Assembly (NCBI GenBank): GCA_951406725.2
Contig: OX597818.1
Span: 51,150,001 to 51,214,000, forward strand
Length of the DNA stretch: 64,000 nucleotides
Source: Octopus vulgaris
Taxonomy: Eukaryota
Reading direction: 5' to 3'
In this document: piece by piece, positions 48,581 through 62,039 of the stretch
How the letters are laid out: each line of letters starts with the position of its first letter
Numbering within the stretch: position 1 is the stretch's first letter
Translations under genes and position numbers: made by a program
Notes under the pieces: model-generated
What the model was told of the DNA's origin: nothing
Database searches by the model: none
Seen by the model: the letters and a program-made list of their open reading frames with translations, nothing else

Positions 48581-50138
48581 CTAACAAACTTCTGCACAGC
48601 TTTTGTCTAATAAACTGGATTTGCAAGGCCTTGATCAACTCAAGGATATTGCAGATAGTACTCATAGAAAAAAGTACCTGTACAATGCGATCAAACTTGA
48701 AACAATGTGAATAAATATACATTCTATGTGAGAGAGTAATCTGAATGCTAAAGTATTAATTAGTCTTAGATGAGCCCTAATGTTCTATCTGAGCAAACCT
48801 ACAATCAGATGCTCCTGCCTAGATGACCTTGGTCATTTGTATACTCAAAATTGTATTATCCAATATACCCTTCCTTTTAATAAAAAAATATTTGCCACAA
48901 TCTCTTAATAATAAACATAACATGCAGCCCGGTCCAGGAATCAAACTCACAACCTCAAGATTGTAAGCTCGATGCTCTAGCCACTGAGCCATGCGACTTC
49001 ACCTAAAAATAAGCACTTTATTTTCATGTTGTTCCAGTTCACTCAGCTGTAGAAATGAGTTGCGACATCACTGGTGCCAAGCCGCATAGGGCTTTGCCTT
49101 TCCCTTGGATAACATCGGTGGCGTGGAGAGGGGAGGCTGGTATGCATGGGTGACTGCTGGCTTTCCATAAACAACCTTGCCCTGACTTGTGCCTCGGAGA
49201 GTAACTTTGTAGGTGCAATCCCATAATCCTTTTAATAAAATCTTAGGGAGATTTGGCTACATTTCCTAGCAAATTAAAAACATCTTCCCTTTGACTACTT
49301 CTTTCTTTTTTCTTTTATGTCACTTAATATCTGAATTTGTAAAACTATCCAACCCATGTAAGCATAGGAAACCCAAGTTGAATATTTGAAAAATAAACTA
49401 ACATTGGCATAGGCATTCTGAAGAAAAAATTTAGTTTTAAAACATCTAAAAATATAGCATAAATCACATTGTATCTTTGGGTTTACAAAAAGTTCCAGAG
49501 GTAAATGTGAAGTTATCATCATCATTTAACATCTGTGTTCCATGCTAGCATGAGTTGGATGGTTTGACAGGAGTTGGCCAGTTGGAGAGCTGTCCAGGTT
49601 CCAATCGTCTGTTTTGGCATGGTTTCAACAGCTGGATGCCCTTCCAAATGCCAATCACTTAAGAGTACACTGGGTGCTTTTACATGACACCAACACAAAT
49701 AGGAATATTCTTGAAACAATGTAGAGCTTTGAGGCATTAATTTTGTGAAACTGATAATTGTATTAATAAGTTGGACTCTGTTGATTAATCAGTGGACTAA
49801 ATAAAAAAGAATGCAGGTAAAAAGAATGAAATGTTTAACATCTTTCCCAAATCTATATTTGGTTAGGAGTTGAGATAAAAAACCACATTGAATGGCTGCA
49901 TGCATCATCATCATTATCATCATCGTTATGAATTTCCACTTTCCCATACATGTATGGGTTGGAGAGAATTTGTTGAGGTGAATTTTCTACAGCTGGATGC
50001 TCTTCCTGTTGCCAACCCTCACCTGCTTCCATGACAAGATGATTGAAAACAGGACAGAACATGTACCATGGTGATACAACTATCATTCAATACTGTCGAG
50101 GAAAAGAGACAATAACATATGCACATGTATACACACAC

Positions 50139-50240
50139 ATGTTAGCACGGGTACATAGAAATTCCAGGGTGGTGTCCGGCATGCTGAAAGACCACTGGGA
50201 GTGAGGCGCCCCTCAGTTTTTGTTAAAGCACGTCTCTCTA

Positions 50241-50288
<48 letters not shown>

Positions 50289-50388
50289 TAGAGACGTGCT
50301 TTAACAAAAGCTGAGGGGCGCCTCACTCCCAGTGGTCTTTCAGCACGCCGGACACCACCCTGGAATTTCTATGTACCCGTGCTAACAT
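50139..50388. repeat. Near-perfect palindrome: ~103-bp arms around (TA)n
   Basis: ATGTTAGCACGGGTACATAG...CTCTAGGA(TA)nTCCTAGAG...CTATGTACCCGTGCTAACAT. Confidence 0.95.
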
Positions 50389-51522
50389 TTATTGGATGGC
50401 CGTTGACTCTCAAGAGGTCACTCTGATATAAAACCAGATATGCAGAGAATGGCATTGAACATTTTGGGGATCTTTGGTTTGTGCTAGAGATCACGGTGCT
50501 CCCACATCCCTGAGCCTCAGACTCATATTGGCACCAGACATCTTGCTCCGGCTTGTCTCTGGATAATGTCAATAGAGTGGAGAGGGTCTATGAGGTGTTG
50601 TGCAAGCCTTATTGAACCTAAAACTCTGCACAGGCATTGCCAACCATTTTTTTTTTTTTTTTAATATATCTATCTTTCCTGAAGGTCGGCAATGGTCTTC
50701 CTCGGTCACGAGTGGACGGCCATCATCTATATATATATATATATACTTTTAAGGATCATTTCTTAAGTATTCTATTGAGTGGATCAACAACATCACGATG
50801 ATATGAGATTGTATTGAGTCCTGAGCATGAAGCAGGTTTTTCTCTATCGTTCCTCTCCTCTTACACATCGAGAAATACCCTCACACACATAAACAGAGAG
50901 AAGGAGAAAGAGAGAGAACCATTAAAACGTGAGAAATATAAAAATATAAAAACGTTTGGTTTCAAATAAGTCGGCGTCGAACCAGCAACGCCAAAACGTC
51001 TCATATCCCAGACAATCTCTCTCTGGTGTCAGTGGTGCGATAAAATGTGTCCAGTCCATGTGGCAAAAAGAATCTTGTTCTTCAAGATTCACCCAACACA
51101 TGCAAGCAGAGAAAAGACGGATATAAAAACGATGGAGATGATAAATAAACTTTATGTCGTTGGGGCTCCCTCCTGTACAAAAGAAGGAAGATTAGCGAGT
51201 AACTAACAATGGAAAATACGGCGCCGGTTGACAGTTTTATATTCGAGCTTCGTAACAAGAACAAAGATGGGAAGTACCTTTACCAAAAAGCCTTAACTCG
51301 GATTTTAAATTCCGCACATTCGTCATAATGAGGAATAAACAAACATAAGCTAAAGGCATTCTTTCGTTAAAAGTTTATTACATAAAACATAAACGCTCAG
51401 CGGTTTTACTAAAGTAAAGTACATTATGTTGCTCACACACACGTCAAAAGCCGTCACTAAATAATTACCGAAACATACTGGATATTTCCAAATGATGCGG
51501 TCATTGTATGAAAGTTAACACA

Positions 51523-51592
<70 letters not shown>

Positions 51593-52427
51593 TAATAATA
51601 AAATATTAGGGAATAAATCCAAACTTACAGGGAAAAATCAGATTTAGGATTGAATCCAATTTTATATAAATTAATTAATCTTATGTATTGGCTTAAGTTT
51701 TTCATTGTATGATTTGCCTAATAGTGGTTTTATCTCTAATTTAATATAATATATATATATATATATATATATAATTATAACAATAAGGGTATTTGCAACA
51801 AGTTGCTTAACCACATACCCAAAATTTTAGAAATAGCAGCCAAAGGACTACTATTTGCTTTTACAACAAAAATATGTCTCCACAGACAACAATATTTGTA
51901 ACTCACATATGGCAAAAAAGGAGAAAAATAATGAAATCAGTCTTCGGTTAATTATGGACGTACGTTCATAATTAACCGAATTAATTATATTTCACCCTAT
52001 ATCTAATATATATATATATATATATATACTAGTTGAAGTTTCACGAGTTTACTAACTTAAAACGTTCTACTTTCCACCACACTTCATGTATTTTAACCTC
52101 ATAAATTCATCAAATCAATTATGTTTCGCTTCGAAGTCCCTTACAGTCGCAACGGTATTCTCTCATAGCACTTCGAGTGGAAAAAAAAATATAGAGTATT
52201 GTTTCAACTACAACTAAGAGTTTCTGCAGAAGACAGGAAACTCATTTACAAAACGAAGCAATGGAATGTTTTAAAAATAACACTGAATAAACAATGGAAC
52301 GAAATGAATTGCGAGTTTAAAGTCGAGATAAGCCGTTCCTAATTGCCCTTCCCAGGAGCTGGTCGCATTCTGCCTAAGGGGAGATAACTCTATGCATATA
52401 TACTGAAATTTCATTTCTTCTTGAATC

Positions 52428-52542
52428 ATGTCGTGGAAGGTGTGTTTATTATTATTCCTCTTTATTTCTTTCGCTCGATCTACGAGTTCAAACTTGCCTA
52501 TAGTCGTAAATACATGGCCTTTTATAACAGCAAATGCGAAAG
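52428..52542 (+). CDS. AGA: AGA copy 2, exon 1
   Basis: MSWKVCLLLFLFISFARSTSSNLPIVVNTWPFITANAK; donor G|gtaac. Confidence 0.92.
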
Positions 52543-52782
52543 GTAACTTTTATATATACATTTACTCTTCTTATTGCAGTGTGTTATTGTTTTCTCGTGT
52601 TTAAATAACTTTAATAACCATTGTTTATATGTGAAATTAACGTTTTCATTGAATACATAAACAGCATCTGCAGGGGAAGAATAGAAAGAAAATAAAGAAA
52701 AGATAAACTATAACTCCAACAAAATACATCGTAGATCAAATATTACTAACTGTTGAGGCCAAGCGCCTAATAGATTGTTATA

Positions 52783-53007
52783 TATTCCTTTACTACCCAC
52801 AAGGGGCTAAACACAGAGGGGACAAACGAGGACAGACAAAGGGATTTAGTCGATTACATCGACCCCAGTGCGTAACTGGTACTTATTTAATCGACCCCGA
52901 AAGGATGAAAGGCAAAGTCGACCTCGGCGGAATTTGAACTCAGAACGTAACGGCAGACGAAATACGGCCACGCATTTCGCCCGGCGTGCTAACGTTTCTG
53001 CCAGCTC
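52783..53007 (-). mobile_element. SINE family B
   Basis: Consensus match. Confidence 0.8.
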
Positions 53008-54320
53008 AAATTGTTTTAAAGTGCAAACAACATTCGTTAGGTTCATGTGATTCCGTGTACTTTTAGACCTACATAAATACATACAAAGACATGCGGTGTT
53101 TAGAGTCTTGGGATCGGGATAATAAGGTTGTGGGTTTGATTTCTGGACCCAGGGCTGGATTAAGTCCTATAACAGTCTTAAGCACTTAAGATTGGTCATC
53201 CTTCGGGAAAGACTTCCGCCCCCCCGCCCCCCCATTTTATCCCAAATTTGTTTATTTTCTAACATTTTTTTTCTTTTGCCAAAAACCCCCGTTTTCGGAT
53301 ACGGAGGTTCCGGAAAATTGTCAAAAATCGGCATTGTTAAATCCTCCACCACCACCACCAATTCTTCAATTTTGACTATTTTCCCCACACTAACACTAAC
53401 CCCCTAATCCTAACCGTAACTATAGAAATGTTTTGAAATTTTTGTCCGAATCATAATGTCCGCATTTTTCCGCATATTTAAAAACAACAAAAAATTCTTT
53501 AAAAAAAATTTTACAAACATTTTTGGAATTTTCTTTCAGAATCATAATCTCCGTATTTTTCCACATATTTTGAAAAAAAAAAATTTTTCCGAAAAAAGTA
53601 AAAAAATTAAAGAAATGGGGTGAGTGGAGTGGGGGGTAATTTTAAAATGCCGATTTTTGTCAATGTTTTTTGCAGATTCGTATTCCTCGTAGCCGAAAAG
53701 TGGGGCTTGTGTCGAAAAAAAATTTTTTTTTTTTTAAAGGGTGATTTTTTTGAGGGGTCGGGTGGAAGTCTTGCCAGTGAAGTGGTGTGTTGTTATGTAT
53801 ACGTATATGCATAAATGCATGTGCATACAGCTTTTCTTTTTTGTATGTATATGTGCGAGTGTGTATGAGAGAGAAAGAGGGAATGGCATACACAAGAGCA
53901 CACACCTTTCTCTCTCACACACACACACACACATACATAATAAAAGATAAATGCATATGTATTTGTGTGTGTACGTATACATGCCAACACACCCCTTCAC
54001 TCTCTCTATCTCTCTCACACACACACATACACACACGTCCATTTCACAAACACGTACATATTAATTTTCTCCTAAAAGCAAATAAATAAACAAAAAATTA
54101 CGGAAATTAACGAATATCAATGACATTTCTGCAAGTCAAGATGAAAAAGATGACCAAAAGGGTCACGCAGAAGGGTCACAGAGTCGCCCCACTCGTAAAG
54201 AAAGAAGGATAACAGAGTATAAACCAATATATATCATAGAGTACTGTATGATCTACAACTAGAAGGGGTGGACAATCTGAAGTGCTGGATCTGTGAATTA
54301 GGCCCAGAGGATGTTAGTGA

Positions 54321-54534
54321 AACAAAGATCTTTGTATAGTGTTTGGGGAAAGTGACAGAGAAAGAAGTAAGGATAAATCTATCATCATTATCATCAACAA
54401 CAACAACATTTAATTGCCACTTTACTGAGTTTGCATGGGTCAGGTGGAATTCAAGGCAGATTTTCTATGGATGATATACTTCCTTTTGCCAGGGCTTACT
54501 TGTTTACAAGATATTTCCTATAGCTAGACAGACA

Positions 54535-54571
<37 letters not shown>

Positions 54572-54704
54572 AATCTGCCTTGAATTCCACCTGATCCATG
54601 TAAACTCAGTAAAGTGGTAATTAAATGTTGTCGATGATGATGATAGATTTATCATTATTTCTTTCTCTGTCACTTTCCCCAAACACTATACAAAGATCTT
54701 TGTT
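54321..54704. repeat. Inverted duplication (~145-bp arms) next to (TA)n
   Basis: 54321-54468 is the reverse complement of ~54566-54704. Confidence 0.9.
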
Positions 54705-54712
54705 CCACCAAC

Positions 54713-55248
54713 GAAATAGAGATAAGAATGTGCATTGTCCATTTGATTGGAAAATTTCTATAAGTGGCTGAAGATTGCTCGACATTTTAAAACTGATGTA
54801 ATACTTACAGTGTTTAATAAAATGAAGTAGCATGAAACAATTGTACTACTCTACCTTGGATATACTTGTTGCTTATTTTGATTATAATCACCCCATTTAA
54901 TTTATATGGATAATACCATTCAAAATTCTGGTGCCTTTGACTTAAGTACCATATTCATCTGAATCTAAATTTTACTGAACTTATATATATATAGTAAATT
55001 TACTCTTTTCTGCTATCATGTACTTAAGAATGAAATCAACCTCTCTGTCTATATATCTACCCTCTTTATAATGTTGGCAAATGAAATAGGGATAAGAATG
55101 TGCATTGTCCGTTTAATTGGAAAATTCTATATGTGGCTGAAGATTGCTCGACATTTTAAAACTGGTGTAATACTTAGTGTTTAATAAAATGAAGTAGCAT
55201 GAAACAATTGTACCACCCTACCTCGGCTATACTTGTTGCTTATTTTGA
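54713..55248. repeat. ~170-bp direct repeat (54713-54882 and 55083-55248)
   Basis: GAAATAG(A/G)GATAAGAATGTGCATTGTCC...GTTGCTTATTTTGAT occurs twice. Confidence 0.85.
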
Positions 55249-57365
55249 TATATATATATAGAGAAAGAAATAGATAGATGTATGCATACATGCATGCATC
55301 TATACATACACACACCGCGCACACATACTTCTACAAGTTTGTTAACCACACAGCTATGTCTGAACCTTTGACAATGTCAAATATTTGAAAAGAGATTATG
55401 GCAAATATTTTTTGAAATAGTTGGTGGTATTGTTTATAGATAGATCAGGTTTTGTAATCTGCCTCATCCTCTTTATTGTTCCTATAATCATTTATCCACA
55501 ACTGGCATGCAATGAATAAATATATTTGCTTGTCAGAGTTTTTTTTTCTTTTACTTATTGGTTACTTTTCTTGTTGGAATCTGCTGGGAAGAGGAATATC
55601 AATTGTATATATAACAGCTGTTGGACGAATGTTGATAAGTTTCCATGTGGCTGCTGTGGTCTGTTGTTGCTGGAACTGGCTGTGTCCTGTGTGGTCAACG
55701 GCTAGACCTAAACGGGTCTGGAACTGACTGACTTCGACTCAGTGTTGAAGCTAGCATTTTATACCATTCCAGTTCACTCAGGTCACAGGTGCCAAGCCAC
55801 ATAGGAAAACATCAGTGGCGTAGAGAGGGAGAGGCTGGTATGCATGGGCAACTGCTGGCCTTCCACAAACAATCTTGCCCGGACTTGTGCCTGGGAGGGT
55901 AACTTTCTAGGTGCAATCCCATGGTCATTCATGACAGAAGGGTGTCTCCTCCTATTTTTTGGTGTTCCCTGTTTCTTTATATGGGTTGCATGTATCATTA
56001 CTTAAGAACTCATATCTTTCTTCTTTATGAGTGAAAATATACTTATTTAATTGACCCTGAAAGGATGAAAGGCAAAGTCGACCTCGGTGGAATTTGAACT
56101 CAGAACGTAACGGCAGACTAAATACGGTTATGCATTTCGGCCAGTGTGCTAACGTTTCTGCCAGCTCGCCGCCTTCAAATACCTTGAGGTTTTCTATCAG
56201 ATGCTCAAACAACTCAGCCAATATGCCACTTAGTTTTTGTTGCTCCTTTTCATTTATCTCCGGTGTTGTACATTCCAGCACAGCAGTTGTGGCCAAATAG
56301 GTTACTGATACCACTGTTGTGTTTGTATGTGTTTGTTTTATTGTTTGTCTTTTGTGTGGACTGAGTGGGAAGGAAAGTGTCCTTAGCACAATATTGTAGT
56401 GATGTTATGATAGTGGTAGGGTCTGTGAAGTTTTGGGAAAAAACTGAGTTTTTCATTTGTAAAAGTTGTCTTACATTTTGTATATTTTTGTCTCATTGTG
56501 TAATGTAGTGTTCTGTCTGCACCCTGTGAAATTCTGGATTTTGCTAAATTGTAATCTTTACATCTTGTGAAGATATTGGAGGTCTCGATAAGATGGGCAT
56601 CATCCGTGGCACATCTAATATAACATTTGATGTTAGGTAGAAAAAATGACAAGAAGAATAAAGTGAAATTACTATGGAGATTGGAGTATATTCTACATTT
56701 CAGTCAGAATCCTTCTTCAGGATGAAGAGGATAGAAAGAAAATAAAAGAAAGACAGCTAAGTTTTACGTCTGCCATGTTGGAGGAAATGACTGCACCAGA
56801 TGAAGGGCACGAGATAATGAGAGTTTCATTCGTAAACCTAAGAGGCTGGAGGAGAAAGAAATTGAGTGAAAAAAAGAAGGAAAGTGGTGGAAATGGGAAG
56901 AGGAGTGGGTGAGGGGGAAGTGAGAGGGAAGCTGAAGAAAGAATGAGGTTACTGAACTCTGCGGAGATTTAGGTGCAGCAAGCAAAACGTTCATTTAAAC
57001 CTACTTTCTGTATTTGCGTATGTGTAACGTGTTTATGTTGTGTCATGTGATGGTTCGTTGTATTTTATGTTGTTTGGTGTGGCTGGTTGGTTGGTTGGTT
57101 GGTTGGTTGTTTGGTGTGGCTGGTTGGTTGGTTGGTTGGTTGGTTGGTTGGTGAAGGAGATAAAGGGTTTAGCTGGTGTTACTTTGAATCTATTTGTTTC
57201 ATTCTTGGTTTCTATTTACTTATTTCCATGCTTATCTGTGATGAGTTGAGATGGCTGTAGCTTGTGAAATCCACAGTATCAGAAACAGAAACCGTCCAGG
57301 ACTCAACTATCACAGACTTTTAATACACGAGATCATCAACCAGTTATATTCCAGCACTAGACATA

Positions 57366-57748
57366 TAAGGGGGTCCTGAAAAATACCTGACTTTGGGCAA
57401 AAGAAAATACAAAAGGATCAGTTAATTATGATTTTATTCAACATAATCCCCTCTCAGATTCACACACTTATTGCAATGGTCCTTAAAATTTTTCTAATTC
57501 CTGTAAAAGAACTTGGAATGTTGGGCCGCCAACTAGGCTCCCATGAAACCCTTAAAACCAGGGCAAAAGAAAATACAGGACGACCAGTTAATTTTGATTT
57601 TATTCAACATATTCCCCTCTCAGATTCACACACTTATTGCAGTGGTACTTAAGTTTTTCTAAGCCCTGTTAAAGGACTAAAAAGGTCGGGCCTACAACTA
57701 GGCTTCCACAATACCCTTAAAACCAGGAACTTTTCCGCACCCCTTCAT
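57366..57748. mobile_element. Tc1/mariner-like MITE with internal duplication
   Basis: AAGGGGGTCCTGAAAAATACCTG...CAGGAACTTTTCCGCACCCCTT, with a ~170-bp internal unit repeated twice. Confidence 0.5.
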
Positions 57749-58447
57749 ACGTAAAAAGCACTATTCGAGCATGATCGTTACCAGAGTCGCCTTACTGGCA
57801 CATGAAAAACTTTCGAGTGAGGTTGTTGCCAGTGCTGCTGGACTGGCTCCTGTGCAGGTGGCATGTAAAAAACACCATTTGAGCGTGGCCATTGCCAGTA
57901 CCACCTGACTGGCCCTCATGCCAGTGGCACATAAAAGCACCCACTACGCTCTCAGAGTGGTTGGCATTAGGAAGAGCATCCAGCTGTAGAAACTCTGCCA
58001 GATCAAGATTGCAGCCTGGTGAAGCCACCTGGTGAAGCCACCTGGTGAAGCCAGTTCTCAGTCAAATCTTCCAACCCATGGAAAGTGGACATTAAACGAT
58101 GTTGATGATGATATATTGATTCAAGATCTAACTTGATTGTACTAATCAACATTTATAGCTACCTATTTTGCTCTTTATGCCACCTCAGGAAGTGCTTGGT
58201 TACAGCTACATCATAAATGGATGCACCCTATTAATGACAAAGAATATGACCAAACCATGAAGGGCTGATGAAGGGTTGGAGGAGGTAACAGATTGGGATG
58301 TATGGGTAGTGATAGTGGTAAGTATCTCTGATGTCTATTCAGTGAGAAGTGATGACAGGGGAGTAACTGTAATGTCTGTTGGGAGTGGTACTAGAAGATA
58401 ACAGCAATGACCCTTTCTCTCAGTTTTTTTTTTAATCTGTTTTAAAG

Positions 58448-58607
58448 CTTGGAGTGTGATCAACAATAAAGGAAGATCTGCTTTAGATGCTGTTGAGCAA
58501 GGATGCTCCATGTGTGACGTGTATCGACAATGCGGATCAAGTGTTGGATATGGTGGATCACCTGATGAAAATGGAGAAACAACTCTCGATGCAATGATAA
58601 TGGATGG
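58448..58607 (+). CDS. AGA: AGA copy 2, exon 2
   Basis: [54 protein letters not shown]; 160 nt, frame preserved. Confidence 0.95.
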
Positions 58608-59439
58608 GTAACATGCTTTATATTTCAACTAATATTCCTTTCTATGTATCATCATCATCATCATCATTATCGTTTAATATCTGATTTCCATGCTAGCATG
58701 GGTTGGACAGTTCAACTGGGGTCTGGGAAGCCAGGAGGCTGCACCAGGCTCCAGTCTGATCTGGCAGTGTTTTTACAGCTGGATGCCCTTCCTAACGCCA
58801 ACCATTCCATGAGTGTAGTGGGTGCTTTTTATGTGCCACCAGCACAGGGGCCAGAGGAGGCTGGCAATGGCCACGATCAGTTGGTGCTTTTTACATGCCA
58901 CCGGCATGGAAGCCAGTCAAGGCGGCGCTGGCATCAGCCATGTTCAGATGGTGCTTTTTATGTGCCACCAACACGGGTATCACCACAACAATTTCCATTG
59001 ATTTTCATTTTGATGTTGATGTATCAGAGTTGATAATATCATTTGTTACATGCATAAACAAACTGGAACTTAAATATTCGTCCCATACATAAGATTTCGT
59101 ATTGATCGTCATATGGGTGATAATTACAGATTGTCACATGTCACACCATGCAATTCATCTCAATATGTCACAGTCTGAACATGTACCTCGGAGGGGAACT
59201 TTATTGGTGCAATTCCATAGTCATTCACGACCGAAAGGGGTCTTTTACCTTATCCAGAGATGCATTATCCAATGTATCTGTGCCATTTTCAATATGACAA
59301 TTAAGGTGTGATTTGAGGGAGATTTGACTGCTATTTGAAACAGATCGGACAACTTTACAGAGTCTTCAGTATCAGTTGGTAGTCAATGGAAGTGGAATTT
59401 TGAAATATAAATTTATAAAATTCCAGACCTTGCTTCCAC

Positions 59440-59706
59440 ACCTGAAATTTCTTCTCTAGTTCTGGTAGTGATTCAGCAATAAGAACAAGGTAATCAGCAT
59501 AGAGGAGCTCCTAAGGGTAGCCAGTCTTAAATTCCTCAGTTATAGCTTGGAAGACCATGATAAATAAAAGGAGGCTAAGAACCAAACCTTGGTGAATGCC
59601 TACTTGTACAATAAACTCCTTGCTATATTCAATTGTGACTAACCACTCATCTATCCTTAGTTTTTGCATTGCCCATTAGATAAGGGAGTGGGGTCCCTAT
59701 CAAAGG
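59440..59706 (-). mobile_element. RTE-clade LINE reverse transcriptase fragment (degraded)
   Basis: Minus strand VQVGIHQGLVLSLLLFIMV...ELLYADYLVLIAES (QG motif and decayed YADD) with a stop. Confidence 0.75.
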
Positions 59707-60192
59707 CTGTAGAAACTCTGCCAGATCAGATTGGAGCCTGGTGTAGCCATCTGGTTCGCCAGCCCTCAGTCAAAATCGTCCAACCCATGCTAGCATGGAA
59801 AACGTACATTAAACGATGATGATGATGATGATGATGTATTTATCTCAAGAAATAGCTACATTTCTTTCTTTAACATTTTACATTGTCCAGCCTACACAAA
59901 AAAATGTGTGATAGACAAAATAGAAATTTTTAAAGAAGTATCCATAAAAGTTTTGTTGACCCTACCATATTCGATTGGCTACGGGGTCCACCAGACTTTA
60001 AAAAAAATCAAAGGGATTTATATATGAAAAACAAAATGGTTCAAAACCACTACTCTGGCCAAGATATTGTACCATGCAATAGACCTGGAGCAAAATGAAA
60101 TTCTTAATCCTAAGAAATGAACTTCTTAATCATAAAACCATGCCTTTTTACAAATGCACAATTAGTTTATATATTTTTCATCAATTTTGTAG

Positions 60193-60305
60193 AATCACTC
60201 ATTCTGTTGGAGCAGTTGGTGGCCTGAAAAGGGTCAAGTCAGCAATATCTGTGGCCCGTGCAGTGATGAAATATACTGAGCATACACTGCTTGTTGGAGA
60301 TGCAG
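60193..60305 (+). CDS. AGA: AGA copy 2, exon 3
   Basis: [37 protein letters not shown]; AG/GT intact, 113 nt. Confidence 0.95.
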
Positions 60306-60467
60306 GTAAAATTACTAAATTAAGAATCAATGTTGTTCTTTGTTCATCAGATATTTTATATTAATAATATTCCAATGTTACGGAGATGTACTTGCATAGC
60401 AAGTGACCTGATCTGAGATCATCTACTGGGACGAAAACAATTTCAGCATGGAAGGTGTTTATAAGCC

Positions 60468-60655
60468 ATTTAAGAAACACACAGAAACTGTTAGATTCCC
60501 TTCAACATTTAAATTTAATTTGCCAAAATACTTTCATCGCTTTGAGACCGTGACCTATTCACTGACAAAATTCTGTCTCAAAGCGACGAAAATATTTTGG
60601 CAAATTAAATTTAAATGTTGAAGTGAATCTAATGGTTTTTGTGTGTTTCTTAAAT
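60468..60655. repeat. Inverted repeat with ~80-bp arms, probably Penelope-like
   Basis: ATTTAAGAAACAC...CGCTTTGAGAC and GTCTCAAAGCG...GTGTTTCTTAAAT. Confidence 0.75.
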
Positions 60656-60928
60656 ATTACAATGGTTGGCCTGGTTTTTGTTTCTATTATTGAGTGAATG
60701 TTAGTATTGATTTAGGAGACTTATGATTAAAGATTTTTCCAAACACTACTAACTTGTTTGTTTACCTATCTTGAAGATTAACGGAATATTTTGAAAATAT
60801 ATACCAAGTAAAGCATTTGTGTATTTATAGACTTATTCACACTTAATATTCAATCAATAATTTTCACAAATAAAGAATACTTTGGTAGCAAAAGGGATTG
60901 GGACTTTCTACTACAATAGTAATCAAAC

Positions 60929-61647
60929 TGAGCGGCGAGGTGACAGAAACGTTAGCATGCCGGACAAAATGCTTGGTGGTATTTCGTCTGTCTTTACGTT
61001 CTGAGTTCAAATTCCGCCGAGGTCGACTTTACCTTTCATCCTTTCGGGGTCGATAAATTAAGTACCAGTTATGCACAGGGATCGATGTAATCGACTTAAT
61101 CCGTTTGTCTGACCTTGTTTGTCCCCTCTGTGTTTAGCCCCTTGTGGGTAGTAAAGAAATATATACTCTGTTGATAAAGTACCACTCATCAAAAATAATT
61201 GAAATATTAATCATTGGTAAGTATTGCATTCTTTTTTCTACTCTCTTCAGCAAGATGTCCACCATACTTAAGCCTCTCATTACTTTGCATAAAGCCACCT
61301 CCCTCAAAACTACTCCGCCCTCAGTTGAGGGGGTCGAGTCTGGCAAGTTACTTAGTGATCTCACTAATGCTGGAACCATGCTAAAACCACCCAGAACACT
61401 CTGTAAAGGGGTTGGTATAAGGAAGGGCATCTGGCCACAGAAACAATACCAAAGCAGATATTGGAGTTATTGGAGCAGATATTGAAGATACTAGATGCAG
61501 CTTAGTCGACTTTGCCTTTCATCCTTTCGGGGTCGATTAAAAAAAGTACCAGTTATGCACTGGGGTCGATGTAATCGACTTAATCCCTTTGTCTGTCCTC
61601 GTTTGTTCCCTCTTTGTTTAGCCCCTTGTGGGCAGTAAATAAATAAG
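60929..61647 (+). mobile_element. Composite insertion: SINE B + captured intron fragment + SINE B 3' half, within one 14-bp TSD
   Basis: TSD AATAGTAATCAAAC at 60915-60928 and 61648-61661. Confidence 0.75.
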
Positions 61648-62039
61648 AATAGTAATCAAACCTTTTGGTCAGCTGGAAATGTGAGGGTTGATATTTACTG
61701 TGGTCAATCATCACAGGCTTGTTTTGTTTTTTCTTTTAAAAAATCCATTTTTTATGATTTAACTTGGGAACAATATCGAGATCTCTTGACAGGGGCGCAC
61801 AACTGACAGGTCAGGGATTCTCTCCAGGTCAAGCCAGTACTTCTCCACATTGAGAGGTCACTTTGGACATGTGATTAGAATGTCACAAGGAAGAATCACA
61901 AAATGGGTTCAGCAAGCTGAGCCAACTGGCAGGAGATGCAGGGGTTGACTAAAAGAAGATGGTTGGCTAATATCCATAGTCTCAGCTGGTAACGCTTGTT
62001 AATCTAGCCTGAAAGTGTAATGGCAATAGCATCTTATAG

